From the sequence record MN850645.1: a DNA stretch of 64,000 nucleotides; one strand, written 5' to 3'. The notes beneath the pieces are model-generated. The model was not told the DNA's origin, did no database searches, and saw nothing but the letters and a program-made list of their open reading frames with translations. The stretch comes from Escherichia phage outra. Shown piece by piece: positions 29,863 through 38,210 of this stretch. The position numbers and the translations under genes are program-made. The first letter of the stretch is position 1; every line of letters begins with the position of its first letter.

Positions 29863-30005
29863 ACTCGCCCCTTAGTGATTATTTGACCAGCTAAACAAAT
29901 AGCTTGTAGTACAATAAAGAAGTAGCCTAATTTTACACTACCCAATACCCAGAATGCAATGTTTGCAAACAAACAAAAAGCAATATTAAGTCTAAAGAAT
30001 AACAT

Positions 30006-30206
30006 TTAATCCCCTTCATATTTAGGTAAAGGCATATATGCCACAATAGGAGGGTAATCAAAGTGAAAATGATGGTTCACCACAATAATCTTACCAGACA
30101 TACTTTTATGCACTTCACAATACCCTTTTTCACCATCTTCCATTACCACCACATACTCACCTAGTGGGATATCGTATGGATCTTCTACTTTTACCCATTC
30201 TGTCAT
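30006..30206 (-). CDS. hypothetical protein
   Basis: 66-aa ORF. Confidence 0.35.
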   Translation of the reverse strand: MTEWVKVEDPYDIPLGEYVVVMEDGEKGYCEVHKSMSGKIIVVNHHFHFDYPPIVAYMPLPKYEGD

Positions 30207-30472
30207 TTTGGAAATACCTCTTGTCCATCTTCATGCATTTGTAGTAAAGTTTCACAGATTTCATACACATCTTGGTATGTTACAACTGAGAGATCAGATT
30301 CTTGATCTTCGACAAGCATAGCACAAAGAGCTTTAATGTCAATACCTTTACAATGTTCCGTAGCTACACGGTACATTTCACCATCCTCCCAAACAATTGG
30401 TTGCGGGAGCAAAACATCTGTACCATCTTCACAAGTTACAATGTAGTCTGCAATATTATCACGAATTTTCAT
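30203..30472 (-). CDS. hypothetical protein
   Basis: 89-aa ORF, overlapping stops/starts with neighbours. Confidence 0.35.
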   Translation of the reverse strand: MKIRDNIADYIVTCEDGTDVLLPQPIVWEDGEMYRVATEHCKGIDIKALCAMLVEDQESDLSVVTYQDVYEICETLLQMHEDGQEVFPK

Positions 30473-30726
30473 TGTACTACCCCCTTAAATCCAGATGTAC
30501 TGCCAGTTTTAACTTTTGCTTTAAGAGGTTCCAACTCTACCATAGGTGTTGCTACTTGTATAGGATTTTCCTCAACCTCATAAATATAATATTCATAATA
30601 AGCATACTTACCAATAGAGTGCAGATACTTAATTGCATGTTCAGGTGAATCTGCTTCAACATACCCCAAATCTTTTGTAGTGCGGCCTTCACAGTCGCCT
30701 TCTGTAGTTACGTGATAAAGTGTCAT
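30469..30726 (-). CDS. hypothetical protein
   Basis: 85-aa ORF. Confidence 0.35.
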   Translation of the reverse strand: MTLYHVTTEGDCEGRTTKDLGYVEADSPEHAIKYLHSIGKYAYYEYYIYEVEENPIQVATPMVELEPLKAKVKTGSTSGFKGVVQ

Positions 30727-31046
30727 AAAACCTCCTTCTTGTTGGCTGCTTCAATCATAGCGTTAAGAGTCTCCATACCACTGTCAACTGCTTGAGCAAT
30801 CTCTTGGAACACCGTTTTCTTAAAGATGTATAAAGATCCTGCCTGTAAGCGTTGCACACAGCATAAGATGGTTTGGTGATCCATAACAAAATCACCATAA
30901 GCACAATCAATTTTCCCTGTGATTGGGTTGTCTCGTGAGCGAGGATCGTATTCTAATGTGATATGCGTTACACCAGGTAAAGTAACAAACTGACAACGGA
31001 TATTGACACGTGGTGCAATTGACACGCTAAACAGACTGTTTGACAT
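30723..31046 (-). CDS. hypothetical protein
   Basis: 107-aa ORF. Confidence 0.35.
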   Translation of the reverse strand: MSNSLFSVSIAPRVNIRCQFVTLPGVTHITLEYDPRSRDNPITGKIDCAYGDFVMDHQTILCCVQRLQAGSLYIFKKTVFQEIAQAVDSGMETLNAMIEAANKKEVL

Positions 31047-31189
31047 TTAAACCTCCTCATAGTAAGGTAAAGCCTTGATCAGTTGTTCTGAAGTGCCATT
31101 TTGCACCCACGTAACACCATTGTCAACAGAAACATACCCTTTTTTGTCAATAAATTTACGCAGACAGCCAGTGAACTTATTTTTGTAGA

Positions 31190-31357
31190 TCATTTCTTCT
31201 TTCCTTTTTGATTACACCCCCCATCACTCCCTTGCCAAACTTCCGATCTGAATTCCATCTCAAACCACTCACCACCGCAAAAACGGTTATGTTCAACACG
31301 TCTATCTTCCTTCATTGCTTCTTTAGCTTCGATAGAAGTTAGTTCGATGTTTTGCAT
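31190..31357 (-). CDS. hypothetical small protein, first gene of the minus-strand block
   Basis: Start at Met with AAAGGAG RBS. Confidence 0.35.
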   Translation of the reverse strand: MQNIELTSIEAKEAMKEDRRVEHNRFCGGEWFEMEFRSEVWQGSDGGCNQKGKKK

Positions 31358-31475
31358 TTGTTTTTCTCCTTTCATTTGGTATGCGCTAATCTTAACAAAA
31401 TAAAAATGTATGTCAATACTTGATTTGAAATTAGTTTCTGGTACTCTGTGGGTATCGTAACAAAAGAGGTTAGAT

Positions 31476-31766
31476 ATGAACATCACACTAGCAACTAAGA
31501 ATATTACAGAAACTTTTGATGGTTTTGGCATTATTATTGCTGTTCATGGGCATAACGAAAAATGGTTAGCCTCTTTTGAAGAGGACAAAGAACGCAATGT
31601 ACGTTTGAATGCACCAATCAAAGTTTTACACCAGGTAGGTGAGAATAAGAAACAATGGAGATCATACAAAGAGTGGAACATTACGAACGAGTTAATACAC
31701 AAACTTGACAAAGTGATAAACATGTTCGACAATGCACCAAGCAGTGCAAAACGTGTTTTACTATAA
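31476..31766 (+). CDS. hypothetical protein, first gene of plus-strand block
   Basis: 96 aa; AGAGG RBS. Confidence 0.45.
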   Translation: MNITLATKNITETFDGFGIIIAVHGHNEKWLASFEEDKERNVRLNAPIKVLHQVGENKKQWRSYKEWNITNELIHKLDKVINMFDNAPSSAKRVLL

Positions 31767-31777
31767 AGGAGAGTGAT

Positions 31778-32131
31778 ATGAAAATTGTACACGATGAAAT
31801 TCAATTTGAAGAGAGTGATCTTCTTGATCTGGATGTGACACTAAGTAAACTGATCTACAACGCACTTTCTGCATATCGTGCAAAAGTGATAGCCACAAAC
31901 AATGTTAAAATTCCTAGCGGGTTACTTCGTCGGATGTACCCACACGCTAAAGGTGACTATCTACCTTATATGGAAGAACGAGCAGCAGAACACTGGTTAG
32001 AAATTCTTGAAAAAATGGAGTCCTCTTTTAAGGATTCAACTCCACCTGAAGAAGTTAATGAAAAACAACGGCAAGAGCGTTTAGAAGGTCGTATTTTGTT
32101 TGCTAAGTATTTCCATAATTTGTGGAGCTAA
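31778..32131 (+). CDS. hypothetical protein
   Basis: 117 aa; GGAGAG RBS. Confidence 0.45.
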   Translation: MKIVHDEIQFEESDLLDLDVTLSKLIYNALSAYRAKVIATNNVKIPSGLLRRMYPHAKGDYLPYMEERAAEHWLEILEKMESSFKDSTPPEEVNEKQRQERLEGRILFAKYFHNLWS

Positions 32132-32229
32132 ACATATCTGGTAAAATCACTTATATGTTCTTAGTATACTTGTGTAAAGAAGTTATCTAACAGGTGTTGA
32201 GTGGACTATTAAATTAGGAGGGCTTTAAT

Positions 32230-32568
32230 ATGTTTAGTAAAGAAATGAGAGAAGTAATTGCCACTTTGGTAGTTGATCATGGTGTTGAAGTTGAGCGTCA
32301 CGTTTGGAACGATGAACCTCCTTTCTTCGATTTGGCATCACGAGCTAAAAGTCATATGCACCTGCTGGAAGACGGTAATGAGTTTGTTCTCCGTATGCGT
32401 TATGATCGAGAGTTTCGAATTCCGCTTGACACTGAACCAGATGGTGTAGTAATGTGGTTGGCAGAACATTTCGCATACGATGCACTACATGGAAGAAGTT
32501 TTGGTAATGAGCGTTGGGATGCCATTTGTCGTAAGCATAATATTGAACCAGAGTACGGAGTTTTATAA
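32230..32568 (+). CDS. hypothetical protein
   Basis: 112 aa; AGGAGGG RBS. Confidence 0.45.
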   Translation: MFSKEMREVIATLVVDHGVEVERHVWNDEPPFFDLASRAKSHMHLLEDGNEFVLRMRYDREFRIPLDTEPDGVVMWLAEHFAYDALHGRSFGNERWDAICRKHNIEPEYGVL

Positions 32569-32819
32569 TGTTAAGTATCAAACCTAAAATGATAACAGCA
32601 GATGAAGCAGACTTTATTTTCAAATGTGGACGTGTATGGAGAGAATTCACAAAAGGGAATGAAGTGGTTGTTGTTGTCGAACACAAGATATCTATCCAGG
32701 ATCTGTTTGGACAATATGTTGATGTTATTAAATTAGGTATTGACAAGGGTTTAGTTGAGGTGTTAACATTAGATCAAGTTGAAGCAGAGCACCTCGATAA
32801 AGTGGTGGTTGAATTTTAA
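32568..32819 (+). CDS. hypothetical protein
   Basis: 83 aa; ATG overlaps upstream stop. Confidence 0.4.
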   Translation: MLSIKPKMITADEADFIFKCGRVWREFTKGNEVVVVVEHKISIQDLFGQYVDVIKLGIDKGLVEVLTLDQVEAEHLDKVVVEF

Positions 32820-32839
32820 AATACAGACGGGAGAAAGGT

Positions 32840-33013
32840 ATGAGTTTCTTTGTTACAGTATTTATGGCTATCTGGATTGTAGTCTCACTCGTTCTTTTCC
32901 TGGTGGGTTGTCTGGAAGAGATTAAGAAAGCGGTTATTTGCGGTTTCTTTGGCTTTATTATCTCTCCTGCCTGGATGTGGTTCTTCATTATGATTGGTTT
33001 CCTTAAAAGGTAA
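32840..33013 (+). CDS. small hydrophobic membrane protein
   Basis: 57 aa hand-translated (MSFFVTVFMAIWIVVSLVLFLVGCLEE...), GGGAGAAAGG RBS. Confidence 0.35.
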   Translation: MSFFVTVFMAIWIVVSLVLFLVGCLEEIKKAVICGFFGFIISPAWMWFFIMIGFLKR

Positions 33014-33027
33014 GTGAGGAATAAAGA

Positions 33028-33465
33028 ATGAGTAAAACAAACGCAATCGCAGATAAAGCAACGGATGTACTTCTGAACATGGTTAACGTCACTATTCAAA
33101 CAATGAGTGATGTTGTAGAGTTTGGAAAACAACAAATTCCAGAAGTAATCCATCAACTATTAGTGTGGAAAGCAGTATCCGCAGGTTTATGGCAACTTTT
33201 TAGTATTTGCTTTATGTTTATTACTTTTATTGCTGTGCGGAACCTCGTAAAAGCAATTAAAGATAAAGAATGCCTGTGGTCACGAGATCGCTATGGTGAA
33301 GTATCTGCTTTACCTATTGTTGGCCTTGTTGTCTGTGCTTTCTTTTTCTTTTTAGGATTTGTTATTTTCTTTTCGAATTTTGATTGGCTAAAAATCATTA
33401 TTGCACCAAAAGTGTATCTGATTGAATTTGCTGCTGATTTAATTCGTTCATCTCAACAAAAATAA
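33028..33465 (+). CDS. membrane protein
   Basis: 145 aa, several hydrophobic helices. Confidence 0.45.
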   Translation: MSKTNAIADKATDVLLNMVNVTIQTMSDVVEFGKQQIPEVIHQLLVWKAVSAGLWQLFSICFMFITFIAVRNLVKAIKDKECLWSRDRYGEVSALPIVGLVVCAFFFFLGFVIFFSNFDWLKIIIAPKVYLIEFAADLIRSSQQK

Positions 33466-33476
33466 AAGGGGTTAAA

Positions 33477-34604
33477 ATGAAATACACGATTTATGGTGAT
33501 ATTGTAAGTGTAAATAAAGATATGGGCGTGGAATCTAACTATCTTCCACCTGGATTCTATACTGTTAGTCGTGATCCCCTTGGCAATTATTTTTTAAGCC
33601 GTGGTAATCTGACAGGTGTACCTGATGTTCTGTATGGTGAAACAGAAAAACGAGCAAATCACGTTATCCGTACATTCCATCGCCGGAGTGCACAAGGTAA
33701 AAATACAGGATTGCTTCTGACAGGAACTAAGGGTAGTGGTAAAACTATGTTAGCCAAACTCATTAGTCGTGACCTTGTAGAAGAAGGTATTCCAACTATT
33801 ATGGTTACTCAAGCCTACAGCGATGCTAATTTCATTGAACTTATTAGCAAGATCACCGACAAAGCAGTGATTATTTTTGACGAGTTTGATAAAGTGTATG
33901 AGAAGAAACAAGATCAAGAAGCACTTCTCACTTTGTTAGATGGTACTGGCAGTGGTAATAAACTGTTTATTCTAACTAAAAACAGTGGCTTTATCTCTGA
34001 ATTCTTTCTAAATCGTCCTAGTCGTGTGTTTTATAATTTTAATTATGATAAAATCTCACTAGAAACTATGATTGACTATTTAGATAAAAACCTGGATAAC
34101 AAAGCACACTTTGATAATTTCCAAAGGCTTTGGGATGTAAGTTTAGAGTTGTCCTTTGATGTGATCCAAGGTATAGTAGAAGAACTTAATTTCTACCCTG
34201 ATTTATCCTTTAAAGAATGCATCTCTATGATGGGCGTTTCTTTGGGTGGTGGTAATAAGTGGGATATCAGCAGCGTTGTTATTAATGGGAAACTTCAGAA
34301 AGTTAGCTGGGTATCTAGTTGGCATAACTTCACACCTGCAATCTTTTTAGGTGGCTCGTGCACACTAGACGTGTACTTGTCATCTCCAAGTGATGCAGAC
34401 TCTAAAGAAGCCCTTGCTAATAGCTCTTACGTGGTTTTTGATGATGAAGGAGATGCTCGAATTCCATTGAATGCGACAAAAATGAAAGCAGATCTTATTA
34501 CAGGCGGTAAAATCGTTGTGTTTAGTGATGATCCAGAAGATTCTTTCCGTATTGTTCTGGAACCAACTATCACCAATGGTGCAACTTTGGCAAGCGTGTT
34601 TTAA
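33477..34604 (+). CDS. AAA+ family ATPase, paralog B
   Basis: 375 aa; Walker A GTKGSGKT, Walker B IIFDEFDKV; LLTLLDG.G...LF.LTKN.G..SEF..NRPSR.FY.F.Y shared with 17749..18909. Confidence 0.75.
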   Translation: MKYTIYGDIVSVNKDMGVESNYLPPGFYTVSRDPLGNYFLSRGNLTGVPDVLYGETEKRANHVIRTFHRRSAQGKNTGLLLTGTKGSGKTMLAKLISRDLVEEGIPTIMVTQAYSDANFIELISKITDKAVIIFDEFDKVYEKKQDQEALLTLLDGTGSGNKLFILTKNSGFISEFFLNRPSRVFYNFNYDKISLETMIDYLDKNLDNKAHFDNFQRLWDVSLELSFDVIQGIVEELNFYPDLSFKECISMMGVSLGGGNKWDISSVVINGKLQKVSWVSSWHNFTPAIFLGGSCTLDVYLSSPSDADSKEALANSSYVVFDDEGDARIPLNATKMKADLITGGKIVVFSDDPEDSFRIVLEPTITNGATLASVF

Positions 34605-34618
34605 GTAAGCCAGCAAAT

Positions 34619-34650
34619 AAAAACCCGCTCCGGCGGGTTTTCTTGTATTG
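34619..34650 (+). terminator. Rho-independent terminator
   Basis: aaacccgctccggcgggttt hairpin followed by a T-tract. Confidence 0.7.
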
Positions 34651-34678
34651 ATGCCAGATTTAATAAGAGGAGTAATAG

Positions 34679-35851
34679 ATGACAGCACCAAAATCATGGG
34701 AACAATATAAAGAAGAATTAACACCCCTTGCTAAAAATCGCAATATTCAAATCCTGGGTTATGTTGGTGAATGGAAAGGGAACAAGACTAAACTTAAGCT
34801 ATCTTGCCCTAAACATGGAGAGTGGAACACCACGAACATTAATGATTTTAAGAAGGGACGTGGTTGTCCTATCTGTTCTGGTAAGAAGCCGTTAACATGG
34901 GAAACAGAATTGCCGATCTTGGAAGAGATAGCACAGAAGAGGGGGTATCAGGTGTTAGGGTACGTGGGAGAATGGAAAGGGAATAAAACAAAACTTGATT
35001 TGTTGTGTCATTGTGGTAATAAATGGGATACTACAAGTATTAACAATTTTAAACGTGGTAGCGGTTGTCCACAATGTAAGAGGGAGAGACAAACAATGTC
35101 CGACGATCAACATATTGCAGATTTCTTTTCTACAGGGGAATTTAAGGAAGGCACTATCTTCACCAATACAGGGAAACGTAACAAGCGTGATGCAGTATGG
35201 ATGGTTGAGTGTCCTGTTTGCTCCCATGATGAATATGTTCAAGCAGGTGTTTGTGATGGTAAATTTTACTCTGCAGGACATAACCTTAAACAAGGGTATA
35301 TTCCGTGTCGTTGTGGGAACTATCAGTATACAGAAGACCAGATCACCTATAGGGTAAAAAAGGAAGTAGAAGGGAAAGGGTATGTCTGGGTAGATTGGAT
35401 TACCAAACCCTCTTCTATAGGTAAGTTTAAATATCTTTGTCTTGTGCATGGTGAGCAGATAGGGAGTGCTCGTAATTTATTAAGCCTCGGTCAAGGTTGT
35501 CCACAGTGTGCTGGTCATAATCAACAGCAATTATATATTAATATTGTTAAAGATAATGATATTATAGTTGCTCTTAAGTTTGGTATATCTAAAGATAGCG
35601 ATAGACGATTAAACGGTCAAAATAGCCGTAATCTGTTTTTTATGGGGCGTATTTGTTTATATGATTTTAGCACAGTGAAACAATGTAGGGCTGCTGAAAG
35701 AGCTATAAAGAAAAAATTAAAAACTGGTATTTTAACGGCAAGAGAGTTGAAAGATGGTTATACAGAAACAGTAAGTGTTTCTGATTTGGAAAATCTTCAA
35801 AAAATTATTACACAATATGGTGGCAAATTAGTATACAGTAAGGAGATGTAA
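34679..35851 (+). CDS. homing-endonuclease-like protein (tandem Zn-ribbon repeats plus C-terminal T5orf172/GIY-YIG-like domain)
   Basis: Two repeats LGYVGEWKGNKTKL...C..G..W.TT.IN.FK.G.GCP.C and a third CPQCAG unit; C-terminal YINIVKDNDIIVALKFGISKDSDRR; GAGGAG RBS. Confidence 0.5.
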   Translation: MTAPKSWEQYKEELTPLAKNRNIQILGYVGEWKGNKTKLKLSCPKHGEWNTTNINDFKKGRGCPICSGKKPLTWETELPILEEIAQKRGYQVLGYVGEWKGNKTKLDLLCHCGNKWDTTSINNFKRGSGCPQCKRERQTMSDDQHIADFFSTGEFKEGTIFTNTGKRNKRDAVWMVECPVCSHDEYVQAGVCDGKFYSAGHNLKQGYIPCRCGNYQYTEDQITYRVKKEVEGKGYVWVDWITKPSSIGKFKYLCLVHGEQIGSARNLLSLGQGCPQCAGHNQQQLYINIVKDNDIIVALKFGISKDSDRRLNGQNSRNLFFMGRICLYDFSTVKQCRAAERAIKKKLKTGILTARELKDGYTETVSVSDLENLQKIITQYGGKLVYSKEM

Positions 35852-36403
35852 ATGCGGATTACTGATAAGTATGTGTTCTTCTTCTCGGCAAAAGATGAAT
35901 TTAGCAACTGGTATCTATCATCTTTTATTGAACCTTTAGCTCCCAAGTATAATAATTCTATTACAAGTTCTGTTGAATTTACTTGTGTGGAACAATATAT
36001 GATGTGGAGAAAAGCATGTTTGTTTTATGATTACAACATTGCATCTTCTATTTTAACCGGAGATCTAAGATATACAGGAGAAAAAGAACAGGCATATTAT
36101 AAGCGACTAGGTAGATTAGTTAAAGATTACGATGAAGCTACTTGGACTTCTTTACGGGAGAAGATTGTCAAGCGTGGTTTGTATCTTAAATACACACAAA
36201 ATGAAGATCTCAAAAATAAACTTATCGCTTACGCAGATAAGGAGTTCGTAGAGGCAAGCCCTTATGATTCTATTTATGGTATCAAAATGGGAATGTGGGA
36301 TCGTGATGTGGAAAATAAGGACTGTTGGAAAGGACAAAATCTTTTAGGAAAATGGCATACAGACCTTGCTGTTTATCTAAAAGCACAATCTGATATTTCC
36401 TGA
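35852..36403 (+). CDS. NADAR (YbiA-like, DUF1768) family protein
   Basis: 183 aa; FFFSAKDEFSNWYLS...FTCVEQYMMWRKA and GQNLLGKWHTDLAVYL fit NADAR conserved blocks; AAGGAG RBS. Confidence 0.55.
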   Translation: MRITDKYVFFFSAKDEFSNWYLSSFIEPLAPKYNNSITSSVEFTCVEQYMMWRKACLFYDYNIASSILTGDLRYTGEKEQAYYKRLGRLVKDYDEATWTSLREKIVKRGLYLKYTQNEDLKNKLIAYADKEFVEASPYDSIYGIKMGMWDRDVENKDCWKGQNLLGKWHTDLAVYLKAQSDIS

Positions 36404-36599
36404 TATTTTGAAAATTTTTATTTTTATAAAAAGGGGTGTGGGTTTCATGTACGGAAATCCACCCTCTGAATAATATATCCAGAGTAAATATTATTCTGTA
36501 CTCTGTTAATAAAGTATTTAATTTGTTTGTTTGACTATGGTATCTGATCTTTAAAAGGCATACTATCTCTTAACTACTACTTATAACAGAACAGTAAAA

Positions 36600-36840
36600 T
36601 CATTTTTATAAAAAGGACAAAATTATTTAAAGTTTTTACAGATTTTTGGGTACAAATTTTGAAAATGAAAAGTTCAAGTTTGGTCAAAATTATTTAAAGT
36701 TTTTGTACGTATTTCTATCCAGATTTTGAAAATGAAAACTTCAATTTTTTAAAAATTCCCCAGTTTATTTAAAGTTTTTTTGCCTTTTTCCGTAGAAAAA
36801 TCAAAAATGAAAAGTTCAATTTCGTGTTTTTATGGGTGTG
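36600..36840. repeat. tandem direct repeats (about 60-70 bp period, 3-4 copies) in a non-coding region
   Basis: Recurring TTTTGAAAATGAAAAGTTCAA and ATTATTTAAAGTTTTT blocks near 36623, 36658-36698, 36724-36777, 36800-36830. Confidence 0.6.
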
Positions 36841-36841
36841 C

Positions 36842-36955
36842 GTATGATAATCATTTTCATTTGTAAATGAGAATCATTATCATTTAAGTATGTAAGTGAT
36901 AATCATTCTCAGTAAGAGAATGAGAATCATTAGCAAATGAGAATTTTCTCATTTA
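36842..36955. promoter_or_regulatory. cluster of AT-rich dyad operator-like sites (AATGA-n3-TCATT, Fur-box-like)
   Basis: gataatcatt, aatgagaatcattatc, gtgataatcattctc, gaatgagaatcattagc and the perfect palindrome aaatgagaattttctcattt. Confidence 0.45.
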
Positions 36956-37595
36956 GAGAATAACGCGCAGGGGCGGTGTTTGTCTCGCGCTCCCGTGTCC
37001 CCTCGCCATACAATAAGAATAGCATAACCAACAACAAAAGCAAGCGATTATTTTTATCTTTACATTTCTTTACAAATTTATTTTAGACGAGCTACCGGCG
37101 ATCAACCTTCCAACCAGTAGTGCCCTGGTATGTTAGCCCCGCCTTTACGCCGTGGGGGTGGCGCTTCCTCTTCTGTATGTAAAACAGTATAAGCCCGATC
37201 CCTGGGCTTGTCAAGATTATTTTTTGTTTTCTTGCCAGGATAGGACACCTAGCCAAAAATACATGTCGCCCCGCGCCCCTGGCGGGATCTTGCTTTCCCC
37301 GCCGCCACTGCAAGCCCATAGATAACCATTTGCGAACGTATCAAAATGATCTATTTCTTCCACCTTATGATCGCCCAGGTTGAGAACGGTTTCAACCTTT
37401 AAGCCCGTTGCGCTTGCTACCTGGTGCACCGTGCCGCCTTGCCAGCCTAATGAGTGCATGAGGTGTAAAGTAGTATTTGTCATGGTATCGCCCTTTCTTT
37501 GATGTGCGCCCTGGTTGGCGCGGTAGAAAGATAATAGCCCCTTTCCTTTATAGATAGCAAGCAAAAAAGAAATGAAAAAAGATTAAAAAAGGGGT

Positions 37596-37624
37596 TGACG
37601 TTCCTCACCTGGTAGCGTATTATT
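37596..37624 (+). promoter_or_regulatory. sigma70-like promoter (TTGACG-17-TATTAT)
   Basis: Read directly; located in a locally GC-richer island. Confidence 0.45.
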
Positions 37625-37854
37625 CATCTTGTCGAGGGGGGCGAGGCACAACGACAATAAACAAAAGGAGGGCGCAATGCAGGACGGGCAAAGGTGAGGA
37701 TCTCCACAATCCACCGTCACAATAACATTACTTATAAAAGGTTGATAACGATGATCAAGAAAGAAAACAGCTTGACGGTTGGAACGATTAACGCTATCAT
37801 TCTAGCCGTTCCATTTTGGATTGTAGTAGCGGTTATTATCTTTTAAAAATATTC

Positions 37855-37912
37855 TTGACAACGTTTTTTAATCTGATAAGATGTATCACATAGGGCGGCA
37901 ATAGTGCCGCTC
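37855..37912 (+). promoter_or_regulatory. early promoter plus stem-loop cassette (TTGACA, TAAGAT, hairpin GGGCGGCAATAGTGCCGCTC)
   Basis: Module directly precedes the RBS and ATG of 37935..38207. Confidence 0.6.
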
Positions 37913-37934
37913 ATAACAGAAGAGAGAAATAATC

Positions 37935-38207
37935 ATGGCATCATATAGCGCATCAATGATCGTAGCTGGCATCACTGGTAAACCTATGCGCGGTGGCGGA
38001 TCTTTCGCTAACATCAATATTGATGGGCGTTTATCCCTGGATGCAGCGATCACCGTGGCACGGGAAACATTTAAAAAAGAATGTAATTTCAATAAACAAG
38101 ATTATCTCGGCTTCGTTATTGAAAAAACCGCGCGCTTTGTGGATTATAAAAGCCCGAAAATGATCGACACTACACTAAAAGCGCAAGATGTAGCGTTTTT
38201 GCTTTAA
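37935..38207 (+). CDS. hypothetical early protein
   Basis: 90 aa; promoter/stem-loop/RBS module upstream. Confidence 0.5.
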   Translation: MASYSASMIVAGITGKPMRGGGSFANINIDGRLSLDAAITVARETFKKECNFNKQDYLGFVIEKTARFVDYKSPKMIDTTLKAQDVAFLL

Positions 38208-38210
38208 GGC

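Noticed and set aside
34955-35449. 164-aa minus-strand ORF inside the homing-endonuclease-like gene, and 120-aa plus-strand alternative frame
   Set aside because: Fully embedded in a CDS with recognisable repeated Zn-ribbon motifs; no independent support.
36600-36840. Possible CRISPR array
   Set aside because: Repeat units are AT-rich, imperfect and not separated by unique spacers of uniform length; no palindromic CRISPR-type repeat. These are tandem direct repeats, not CRISPR.
37092-37319. 75-aa minus-strand ORF in the GC-richer island
   Set aside because: Arg/Gly-rich translation typical of a random frame in GC-rich DNA, and no RBS; not called. The overlapping 37217..37564 ORF is left as uncertain rather than annotated.
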